This document shows positions 30,395-38,253 of a stretch of DNA of 51,549 nucleotides, one piece after another. The stretch is from Candidatus Methylomirabilota bacterium. Its GTDB lineage: Bacteria > Methylomirabilota > Methylomirabilia > Rokubacteriales > CSP1-6. The stretch lies in NCBI GenBank assembly GCA_035249225.1, contig DATFGS010000274.1, forward strand, positions 1 through 51,549, given 5' to 3'. Numbering within the stretch: position 1 is the stretch's first letter; each line of letters starts with the position of its first letter. The notes beneath the pieces are model-generated. The model ran no database searches. It saw nothing but the letters and a program-made list of their open reading frames with translations, and was not told where the DNA came from. The translations under genes were made by a program, and so were the position numbers.

Positions 30395-31120
30395 CTACTC
30401 GATGGTCAGGTCGTAGGTCGTCTGCAGCGAGTCGCCGGAGGACAGGTTGACCGTGGCGAACACGATGCGGCTCCAGATCGTGTCGGTGACGCCGTTGCCC
30501 TGGCCCACCGCCGCCGAGCTCAGCCGGTTGAACAGGCCCCACTCGCTGACCGCGATGGAGGCGTCGACCGTGTTCAGGCCGACCGTCCGGTAGATGCTCT
30601 GAGAGCTCCCGACGACCTGGGTCCCGAGGGCGCGCTGGTTGTCTGGGTTGTACTGGGTGGTCGCCTCGGCGCCGAGCGCGGTATCGGCCTCGGCCGCAGC
30701 GACGGCGCCCGTCCCGATCGCGTGGTACTTCCAGGTCGCGACGGTGCCGGTGCAGCCGGAGCCGGTGTTCGCGATGAAGCACTCGCGGAGGGCCCGCTCG
30801 GCGACGTCGGGGATCAGGTTGCGCTTGAGCGCGATCGCCTTGACGCGGCACCCGCCAGCCTGGGCATCCTTGACGAATTGCGGGGCGAGCCACTTCGCGA
30901 GCGCGTAGCGGGCCGCCTGCTCGAGCTGATAGGCGTCCCACGCCTCGGCCATCCGATCGCGCTGGGCCTCGCACGCCGCCGTGTAGGCGATGGCCATCAT
31001 CGTCCCGTGGATGCGGCGGCCGGGTTCCTTGATCAGCCAGGGCGAGAGCTCCACGCCCGCCGCGAAGAGGAACGACGCCGCCACCAGAACCGCGGTCACC
31101 TTGCCGAGTCGCTTCATCAT
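30395..31120 (-). CDS. Signal-peptide/TM-anchored protein with a tail-collar-fibre-like C-terminal domain (241 aa)
   Basis: AAGGAGG SD. MMKRLGKVTAVLVAASFLFAAGVELSP. The C-terminus AIGTGAVAAAEADTALGAE...VSEWGLFNRL...IVFATVNLSSGDSLQTTYDLTIE is reminiscent of collar-fibre domains (weak call). Confidence 0.55.
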   Translation of the reverse strand: MMKRLGKVTAVLVAASFLFAAGVELSPWLIKEPGRRIHGTMMAIAYTAACEAQRDRMAEAWDAYQLEQAARYALAKWLAPQFVKDAQAGGCRVKAIALKRNLIPDVAERALRECFIANTGSGCTGTVATWKYHAIGTGAVAAAEADTALGAEATTQYNPDNQRALGTQVVGSSQSIYRTVGLNTVDASIAVSEWGLFNRLSSAAVGQGNGVTDTIWSRIVFATVNLSSGDSLQTTYDLTIE

Positions 31121-31142
31121 GTCATCGCCTCCTTGGGCAAAC

Positions 31143-31178
31143 AAAAAGGGCGGAACCGGATGCGCTCCGGTCCCGCCC
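31143..31178 (-). terminator. Intrinsic terminator (bidirectional geometry)
   Basis: Minus-strand sequence GGGCGGGACCGGA-GCGCA-TCCGGTTCCGCCC followed by TTTTTGTTTG. An A-tract on the other side gives plus-strand symmetry. Confidence 0.75.
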
Positions 31179-31228
31179 TGTTTTGTCGCCTGCCGGATAG
31201 CTAGCCCGGCAAGCTGATCAATCGAGTT

Positions 31229-31492
31229 TTAGTTCGTGGTCGGTGCTTCTAGCCCTTTCGCCTGAAGCCATGCGGACAGCGCAGTATGGATCGCCACATC
31301 CCCATCCTCGAGAGTGACCTGGAGATCGCCGAGGTCGTGGCGATTGAACGCACCGCCGCCAGGATTGTGCAGGAATCCGAGGTTGTGCTTTTTCACGAGA
31401 ACTCGGATCGCCTCATGGGCCGCCTGCTCCTCGGGCTGCTGCATCCGGCGCTGAAGCGCCGCCCCGGCCTCCGCCGCCTCGCGCTCGTTCAT
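31229..31492 (-). CDS. Hypothetical protein (87 aa)
   Basis: ATGA overlap at 31489-31492. Followed by a terminator. Confidence 0.55.
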   Translation of the reverse strand: MNEREAAEAGAALQRRMQQPEEQAAHEAIRVLVKKHNLGFLHNPGGGAFNRHDLGDLQVTLEDGDVAIHTALSAWLQAKGLEAPTTN

Positions 31493-31746
31493 TTCGTCTG
31501 GATGCCCTTCGCCTTGGCGGGGTCTGGGTTGTGCGCGGGCTGCCGCTGCACCTTGAGCTCGCCCGTCGCCGTCTTCGCCCCCGGCTGCGAGTGCAGCGGG
31601 TCTGGGCCCTGGTCCGCCTTCCGGATGACTCGGCCGCCCAGCGACTCGCCCATGTGCATCTGGTCCTTCTGGGCGAAGACGATGCCCGCCCAGAGAACTA
31701 CCAAGACCGCGACCGCCAAGAGAATCAGCTTCATACCGGCGCTCAT
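31489..31746 (-). CDS. Small membrane/secreted protein (85 aa)
   Basis: GGAGG SD. MSAGMKLILLAVAVLVVLWAGIVFA. Confidence 0.6.
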   Translation of the reverse strand: MSAGMKLILLAVAVLVVLWAGIVFAQKDQMHMGESLGGRVIRKADQGPDPLHSQPGAKTATGELKVQRQPAHNPDPAKAKGIQTK

Positions 31747-32300
31747 GTTAGCACCTCCCCCGTGGAATTGACCACCGCGAACCACTCGTCCCGGTCGTAG
31801 CCGTAAAGTACCCGGTCGTAGTACCGGTCGCCGATGGAGATCGTCGCCCGCTGACGCCCCTCCTCGCGCGCCCGGTAACGTCGCCCGGACTTCGGCCCAT
31901 GCAAGGCCGACAGGCTGTGTAGGTTGCTGGTATAGACCTCACTCTCGAGCTTGTAGATCTCGGGCCAGCCCGCGAAGATGAAGTCGTAGGCGTCGTCACA
32001 GATCGCGGGCCCGAGTCCCTGACCCCGGCAGAGCGCCCAGAGGCCGATCCCGAACCGCATGGTCGTCGGCGCCGGCTGGCTGAGGAAGATCAGGCCGAGG
32101 GTCCCGTCGCCACACTTCGCGCCGCGGAGCACGTGCGCGGTGTCCCAGATCAAGAAGTACCGCTCGGCCGGGCGCGGCCGCGGCACCGTCCACTCCGGCC
32201 CGAAGGCGAGGTCGGGCGGGTCGAGGTCGACGCAGGCTTCCGCCCAGTAGCGCGGGACCGCGTCGCGACTGGCGGGTGGGAACTGAAAGCGGTCGCTCAC
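31743..32300 (-). CDS. GNAT-family N-acetyltransferase
   Basis: RFGIGLWALCRGQGLGPAICDDAYDFIFA (Q/RxxGxG/A motif A) plus ...YDRVLYGYDRDEW. GTG 32300 forms a GTGA overlap. Confidence 0.7.
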   Translation of the reverse strand: MSDRFQFPPASRDAVPRYWAEACVDLDPPDLAFGPEWTVPRPRPAERYFLIWDTAHVLRGAKCGDGTLGLIFLSQPAPTTMRFGIGLWALCRGQGLGPAICDDAYDFIFAGWPEIYKLESEVYTSNLHSLSALHGPKSGRRYRAREEGRQRATISIGDRYYDRVLYGYDRDEWFAVVNSTGEVLT

Positions 32301-32824
32301 CCGGCTAGGGCCCGGCGGTAGAGCGCCATCGTATAGTGTCCATGGATCAGCCCTGCGTACCGGGCCCGCAGCGCCGCGCCGATCGGGCTCGCGGCGAGCC
32401 GTCGGTAGAGCGCCTTGTTGAATGCCGCATGTGCGTCCTCGTCGGCGATCACGCGGTCGTAGACGGCGGCCGTCTCCAGGTCCCCCGCCGCGGCGAACGC
32501 CCGGCGCGCCGACCGCAGGCTCGGCCGCATCTTCCGCTCCACCGCCCGGAAGTCGGCCACCCGCAGCGCCGGCTCCTCGAGCCGTCCGCACGAGGCGTCG
32601 CTGATGGCCAGCACCGACTCCCGCGTGTCCGGGGGCGTGTCGTAGCGCGCCAAGGCGGCACTGAACACCTGCTCGTGGGCGATCTCTTCCACCGCCTGCT
32701 CCAGCACCCCGAGCCGCTCGGCGTCGGTCAGGTGCGCCGACGTGGCGATCTCGAGCAGGCGGTTCCGACAGATCTGCTCCGCCCCAATCTGGTCACGCAG
32801 GACATTCGCGAGCGCTTCGGACAT
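32297..32824 (-). CDS. Helical protein with two ExxH motifs (possible ferritin-like/di-metal fold; weak)
   Basis: AAGGAG SD before ATG 32824. VEEIAHEQ and ADEDAHAAF lie in predicted helices. Confidence 0.6.
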   Translation of the reverse strand: MSEALANVLRDQIGAEQICRNRLLEIATSAHLTDAERLGVLEQAVEEIAHEQVFSAALARYDTPPDTRESVLAISDASCGRLEEPALRVADFRAVERKMRPSLRSARRAFAAAGDLETAAVYDRVIADEDAHAAFNKALYRRLAASPIGAALRARYAGLIHGHYTMALYRRALAG

Positions 32825-32844
32825 GGCCGTCTCCTTTTCTGGGT

Positions 32845-34203
32845 TCACCCTCGACTCTTTACGGGGATCTCGACCTCGACAAACGGCTCCTTCCAGTCGG
32901 CACGTGTCCGCACGACGCGCGCATCACCCCGCGCGAACGCCGCCTGCATCTTCGGATGGTCCACGAGCTGCTGCTTGACGAAGCTCGAGAGCGTCGTATA
33001 CCCGGCCCGGAACGCCCACGCCCCGACGTGGCGGGAGCTCTGGAGCATGCCGGGCTCGTCGAACAACCCCCCGACCGTGGCCAGGCTGGCCACCCCCGGG
33101 CGACGGTGCCGGAGCATGCGCGCGTACCGCAGCGTCCCGTCCTGCGCCCCCAGGAGCAGGGTCGCCCGGTCGAGGTGCCACCACTCCTGGACCATCCGCA
33201 GCGCGGTGGCCCGCTGGCCAAGGTCGGGCGGCACCGTCTCTCGGATCAACTGCTCCACCGCCGGCAGGTCCGCCTCGGTGGCTTCCCACGTCCGCACCGC
33301 GCCGGTCGACTGGTCGAAGCCCAGTCGTTTCCGCAGCGGCCATCCCTGAAACACCCCGAGGTCGAGCGGGAAATCCAGCCGCGTCACCATCGGCTGCCCC
33401 TCGAGGTCCGGGCGCGCCGTCCCGATGACCCGCGCCCCGTAGTTGGCCGTCAAGGAGGCGATCCAATCGGGCCGGTCGGCGCGCGTGTCCGACTGCAGGT
33501 GGCGCACGTTCGCGTTGAGCAGGTGCTCGAACACCGGCCGCTCCGCCTCGCGCCAGAACCAGGAGGGCCGCTCGCGGCTGTGGTGCACGGTCAGCGAGAA
33601 CGTCGCGATCCCGCCATCCTCCCGAACGATGATCTCGTGCTGAAGCGGCACGCCGTTGAACGCGAGCCGAGTCTGCCAGGCGTTGCCGTTGCCCAGCCGA
33701 CGCGCCGCCTGAAGCCAGCCGTGCGCCTCCGGCGGCCGACAGACCCCACACGTCGGCGGGCACGTGGCCGCCACGAGGCCGCTCGCCATCATCACAGGCA
33801 CCAACACATCCAGATCATCGCCGTCGAAGGGGAGCAGCTCGAGGCCCGGAACGCCGGGGTACGTCATGCTCGGCAGCGGCAGCCCGCCGTAAGGCGTCGC
33901 ATTCGCGGGCACTCCCGCGTCCGGGTACTCCGCGCGGACCGCGTCGATCAGGCGACACCGCCGAGCCGCGTCGTCCCCAGACTCTCCCAACTGCCGAGCC
34001 CGCTTCCACACCGCTCGGTCGTCGTGCGGGACCCGCAGCATCCCTTCCTGGACGGCGTACGTCCGGCCCAGGCGGACGTCATCCCACGTCTTGAGGTCGA
34101 CCGGATGCTCGTCGGGCACGCCGACCGGCACCGTGGGCCCCTCGCGCAGGACCCACCCGGTCGTCCAACCCGACCCGTCGAACTTGATCGCGGGGTGTGT
34201 CAT
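32845..34203 (-). CDS. Hypothetical protein (452 aa), ATGA-coupled to the tail-tip gene
   Basis: The start was trimmed to ATG 34203. Protein-like composition throughout. No recognisable motif. Confidence 0.7.
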   Translation of the reverse strand: MTHPAIKFDGSGWTTGWVLREGPTVPVGVPDEHPVDLKTWDDVRLGRTYAVQEGMLRVPHDDRAVWKRARQLGESGDDAARRCRLIDAVRAEYPDAGVPANATPYGGLPLPSMTYPGVPGLELLPFDGDDLDVLVPVMMASGLVAATCPPTCGVCRPPEAHGWLQAARRLGNGNAWQTRLAFNGVPLQHEIIVREDGGIATFSLTVHHSRERPSWFWREAERPVFEHLLNANVRHLQSDTRADRPDWIASLTANYGARVIGTARPDLEGQPMVTRLDFPLDLGVFQGWPLRKRLGFDQSTGAVRTWEATEADLPAVEQLIRETVPPDLGQRATALRMVQEWWHLDRATLLLGAQDGTLRYARMLRHRRPGVASLATVGGLFDEPGMLQSSRHVGAWAFRAGYTTLSSFVKQQLVDHPKMQAAFARGDARVVRTRADWKEPFVEVEIPVKSRG

Positions 34204-37200
34204 GCCGACTTCACCAGGCTCAGATACTGGAAATAGGCCACCGACACTTGGGCACTCGACGCCGCATTCGCCCCGGTCCGCTGGTACGTCAGCACGACGT
34301 CCTTGAGGCCCGTCGCGGCAGGCCGGAACACGGAAAAGATCGCCGGAATCACCGAGGACATACTGGTGCCGCCTCCTTTGACGCCGCCGTTGAGGCTCTG
34401 AATCCACGTTTGCAGGATGGCCCCGGTCAGCCCACCGTGCCGAACACGCCAGGTCACCTCGAGGGCGACAGCCCGGGAGAAGGCATCATTAAACGAGATC
34501 GACGCCCGGATCCACCAACGAACGATGTCGTTGAGCGAGACGATCTCGTCGAGCGCCGGGAGCGTCACGGCAATCGTTTCCGTCGCCCCGGAGTCTGTCG
34601 TCACGCCGAGCGACCCTTCGCCCGCTCCGCCCCGGTTGACGGCGAGATTCGTGATGAGCGGCGTCGGGGTCGCGCCGCCGATGACCTCGATCCGCTTCGT
34701 CGTGGTCGCGTTGCTCTCCGAGCCGTACTTCCAGACCCCTTGATCCGAGAAGGCGTAGCGCCCGAAGATGAGCGCCGCCGGGTTCCCGACCGCCGTGCTC
34801 GTGATGACGGCATTCCTGACGAGCATGGTCTGCGTCTGACTCGCCTGGGCCCCTTCCATGGCGGTTGCGGCGCCGATGATCGTCTTGCCGTCCCAGGCGG
34901 CCGGGAGCGAGATGGTGCGGTGCATCCACTGTTCGAGCGCACCCGAGCCGAGGGCCGTCGTCGGCTTGCCGCTGGCGCCGTTCTGGTCGTTGCCGAAGTC
35001 GCGCGCCCCCGTGCGGATGATGCGGTAGCTGATCGTGCCGGTGGGCGTCGTGGTCCAGGCGGCGACCGTGGCCGTTTTCGTCGACCCGACATAGGCGGTC
35101 ACCTTCCGGGTCTGGCCGTTGGCCGCCGGAGTGCCGTTGGACAGGATCTCGATCCACATGTCGTTGTAGGTATTGTCACTGCCCGACGCCGCGGCGTTGA
35201 GAACCAGTGTCGTGCTTGTGGCCGAGGCCGCATTTTCCGGTCCGCGCTCGATCGCGGCGACGTCGAAGCCGCCCTCGGTGAGTGTCGAGTCGTTCCCCCG
35301 GAAGAGGATGTCGTACTCGAGCCGGTCCCCTGTGACCTGCGTGTAGGCGAACTCGACGGTCGCCTCGCGCCAACTATCCCGCGGCGTACCCGCGCCGAAC
35401 AGGACGGAGTGATACCAGGCGAAGGCGGCGACCTGCACGCCGAGCTCCTCGTCCAGATCCTGCTCGGTCACCGGCCCGGTCAGGTAGGGGATCGTCGAGG
35501 AGTCGGTGCTGACCGCCGTCGGGGCCGACTGGCTCGCGACCGCAGCCACCCAGAACAGACTCAGGCGAACCCCGCCCGAGGCCCCGAACTGGGGCGTCAT
35601 ATCGAGGATCTCGAAGACCTCCGCCGTGAAGCCGCGGAGCCCCGTGCGCCGGTTCGGCATCCGCGCGTCGGTGAAGAGGATCTGATCGCCTGGCTCGATC
35701 TTGTGGTTCCGGTAGAGGACGTCAACCTGGATGACCGACTGCGGCTCGGCATAGCGGCGGATGATCTCGAGCGCGCGTTCGTCGGCGATCGTGCTCCCGC
35801 CCAGTGCCGAGCGGATCCCGAGCGACGAGATGACGATCGGTGGTTTCCGCCCGTACTTGCCAATGCTCATGGTCGGGTCGGAGACGGTGCCCTTCTCGTA
35901 GGTGCGCCGCGTCCCGTAGATTCCCGCCGCGCCGGCAATGTTGTAGTCGTAGTTGAACTTAATGACGTTGATGACCTGCTCGTCGGCCCGGAGCCACGAG
36001 GCGGCGATGATCTCGTCAGCGTTGAGCGTCACGGTCGGCGAGGACACCGCGACCTTGTACCGCTTCGCGGAGAGTTTCCCGTCCTGGGTGACGACCGGGT
36101 AGCAGTTCAGCGTCCGCCAGATCTGCTCTTCGATGAACGTCTTGCCGTCGAAGGGCGAGGTGATCGAGAACTGGTACTGGCTGGTCGTGAAGTTCGCATC
36201 GCGCACCGCCTCGATCGCCGTCACGTCGACCAGGGCAGATGGGACGGCCAGCCCGCTGACTGCGGGGAGGATGTCCCAGCGGCTCGCGCCGCCGCGCTGG
36301 AAGGCGAGGCCCGAGCCGCTTAGAATGCAGTTCTGCGCGGCCTCGAAATGCGTGTTGTCGGTGATCGAGCCGACGCGGACGATCTCGCCGCTCGCCAAGT
36401 AGACGGCATCGCCGACCGAGAGCTCGGTCGTGAAGCTCGTACCCGCTCCGGTGACCGTCGCGTCGCCGGGCGTCGTCGACACCGTGCCGGTCCGGGTCGA
36501 GAAGGTCCCGGCCGAGATGAGGCACGCGAGCCCGATGTCGACCGGGTTCCCGGCCAGGACCACGGGAATATCCTGCGTCGCGCCGATGAAGAGCGAGCGC
36601 CGGAGCGTCCGCTGCACGTCCTGGCAGGTGATCTCGAACGTGACCCGGTCCGCCAGCATGGAGACCTTGACGATCTCCATCTTGACGAAGCTCATATAGT
36701 CGGCTTCGGCCAGCGGAGCGTAGCCGCAATAGAGCTGAATCCGGTTCCCGGCCCGCAGTTCTTCGCCGTTCCGGACGCCGTCGCCGTTGCTATGCGCGGC
36801 CGCGCTCGTGCCGTCCACACCGCGCGTGCAGCCGGTGAAGGTGAAGAACGTTTTCCCGGTGTACCGGACGCGCTCAATGACGCCGGCCGTCGTGATCTCG
36901 ATCGTCCCGACGGCCGGGTATCCCTCCGTCGACTGGTTCGCGATGATCGTCGCATCGCCGCTGCCGTGCGCGCCGTTCAGGGTGAGTTCCGGATTCGACA
37001 GGTACTTCAGCACCTCGCCGCCCTTGTCGAGCAGTCGGAAGACCATCGTCCCGATCGAGGAGCGCCCGAGCTCGGCCTCGATGACCTGGGTATTGCCGGA
37101 GGGATTGAAGAGCCAGGGGTACTTCGGGGTCGCGGCTGCGCCGACGTCGCCCGTCGAGAAGTCGCGGGAGAAGGCGTAGTCGGTGCCCGCCCCGTAGGTC

Positions 37201-37289
37201 TTCACGTGGTAGGGGCGGATGAAGTAGCGCGGGGCGGTCGCGAGCTTCGGCCGCTCGACGTCGTAGTTCGCGGTCGCGGTGCGGGGCAT
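34200..37289 (-). CDS. Tail-tip / host-specificity protein (gpJ-like central fibre, 1029 aa)
   Basis: Its size and its position after the tape measure and two small tail proteins. Beta-rich sequence. Confidence 0.7.
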   Translation of the reverse strand: MPRTATANYDVERPKLATAPRYFIRPYHVKTYGAGTDYAFSRDFSTGDVGAAATPKYPWLFNPSGNTQVIEAELGRSSIGTMVFRLLDKGGEVLKYLSNPELTLNGAHGSGDATIIANQSTEGYPAVGTIEITTAGVIERVRYTGKTFFTFTGCTRGVDGTSAAAHSNGDGVRNGEELRAGNRIQLYCGYAPLAEADYMSFVKMEIVKVSMLADRVTFEITCQDVQRTLRRSLFIGATQDIPVVLAGNPVDIGLACLISAGTFSTRTGTVSTTPGDATVTGAGTSFTTELSVGDAVYLASGEIVRVGSITDNTHFEAAQNCILSGSGLAFQRGGASRWDILPAVSGLAVPSALVDVTAIEAVRDANFTTSQYQFSITSPFDGKTFIEEQIWRTLNCYPVVTQDGKLSAKRYKVAVSSPTVTLNADEIIAASWLRADEQVINVIKFNYDYNIAGAAGIYGTRRTYEKGTVSDPTMSIGKYGRKPPIVISSLGIRSALGGSTIADERALEIIRRYAEPQSVIQVDVLYRNHKIEPGDQILFTDARMPNRRTGLRGFTAEVFEILDMTPQFGASGGVRLSLFWVAAVASQSAPTAVSTDSSTIPYLTGPVTEQDLDEELGVQVAAFAWYHSVLFGAGTPRDSWREATVEFAYTQVTGDRLEYDILFRGNDSTLTEGGFDVAAIERGPENAASATSTTLVLNAAASGSDNTYNDMWIEILSNGTPAANGQTRKVTAYVGSTKTATVAAWTTTPTGTISYRIIRTGARDFGNDQNGASGKPTTALGSGALEQWMHRTISLPAAWDGKTIIGAATAMEGAQASQTQTMLVRNAVITSTAVGNPAALIFGRYAFSDQGVWKYGSESNATTTKRIEVIGGATPTPLITNLAVNRGGAGEGSLGVTTDSGATETIAVTLPALDEIVSLNDIVRWWIRASISFNDAFSRAVALEVTWRVRHGGLTGAILQTWIQSLNGGVKGGGTSMSSVIPAIFSVFRPAATGLKDVVLTYQRTGANAASSAQVSVAYFQYLSLVKSA

Positions 37290-37292
37290 CTC

Positions 37293-37802
37293 CTACGCGC
37301 TGGCGCCCCAGACCATGATGTCGTAGACGACCGACGTCCCCGCCCCAGAGTTCGCGATTCGCAAGAGGTCGGTCGTGCCCGCGCCTGCGGGGTAGGCGGT
37401 CGCGTCGAGCGCCGCGATGCAGAAGAGCCCGCCTGGCCGGACGACGACGATGTCGCTCGAGTTCGCCACCCAGCCGACGAACTGCGTCGCCGCGGCGCCC
37501 CCGACGTGCACGTTGTTCGCGTTCGCGAGCGCCGCGTAGACGAGGAAGCCCTTAACCCGGACGAATTGCAGGGTCGCGCCGAAGGCGTCGGTCAGGCCAC
37601 CGCGCAGGTCGAGGTCCTCGTTCGAGGAGGCGCCGATCGTGCGCTGGTCGTGCCAGATCAGATCGCCCTGATTCGCGCCCGTTCCGTCCGCCAGCACCAG
37701 CGCCTTCAGGAAGTTGAAGGGGATACCCGCGGCGCCCTGGAGGTCGAGCGCCTTCGTGAACATCGCGTCGACCTTCAGCTCGAGCCGATGCTGCATCCCC
37801 AT
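37293..37802 (-). CDS. Tail/baseplate-associated protein (169 aa)
   Basis: Position between the distal-tail-like gene and the tail-tip gene. Confidence 0.6.
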   Translation of the reverse strand: MGMQHRLELKVDAMFTKALDLQGAAGIPFNFLKALVLADGTGANQGDLIWHDQRTIGASSNEDLDLRGGLTDAFGATLQFVRVKGFLVYAALANANNVHVGGAAATQFVGWVANSSDIVVVRPGGLFCIAALDATAYPAGAGTTDLLRIANSGAGTSVVYDIMVWGASA

Positions 37803-37806
37803 ACTG

Positions 37807-38253
37807 TCAGCTCCCTTGCTGCCGCCACGAGAGGGCGATCTGGTAGAAGGGCCGCGAGAGCGTCATCCGCTCCGGGGCGAAGGTGTCGTTGATCAGGACG
37901 GCGCGCGTGAAGAATCGGTTGTAGACGTCATACTCGACCTGATTCAGGCTCCCGCACGTATCGAGCCGGTCGAGCGTCAGGAATGCCTCGCCGCCCTCGA
38001 AGCCCCACGTCTCGCAGTAGTTCCGGAGCGAGGTCAGCATCGCCCCCGAGATCGGACGGAAAACGATGTCCACGCGGCGCTCGGTGCGCTCGTAGAGGGT
38101 TTCCTGGAGCCCGCTGACGGAGATGTTCTTCCCACGGATCGCGGTCAGCGGCGGAACGCTGACCGTGACCGGGTCGTCGAAGTCGATCCGCCCGCCCGCC
38201 CAGACCAGCGAGGGATAGAAGAGCCCGGACCGAGGCGCGCCGATGACGGGCAT
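37807..38253 (-). CDS. Distal-tail-protein-position gene (148 aa)
   Basis: Starts directly after the tape-measure stop (TAGATG). Confidence 0.6.
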   Translation of the reverse strand: MPVIGAPRSGLFYPSLVWAGGRIDFDDPVTVSVPPLTAIRGKNISVSGLQETLYERTERRVDIVFRPISGAMLTSLRNYCETWGFEGGEAFLTLDRLDTCGSLNQVEYDVYNRFFTRAVLINDTFAPERMTLSRPFYQIALSWRQQGS

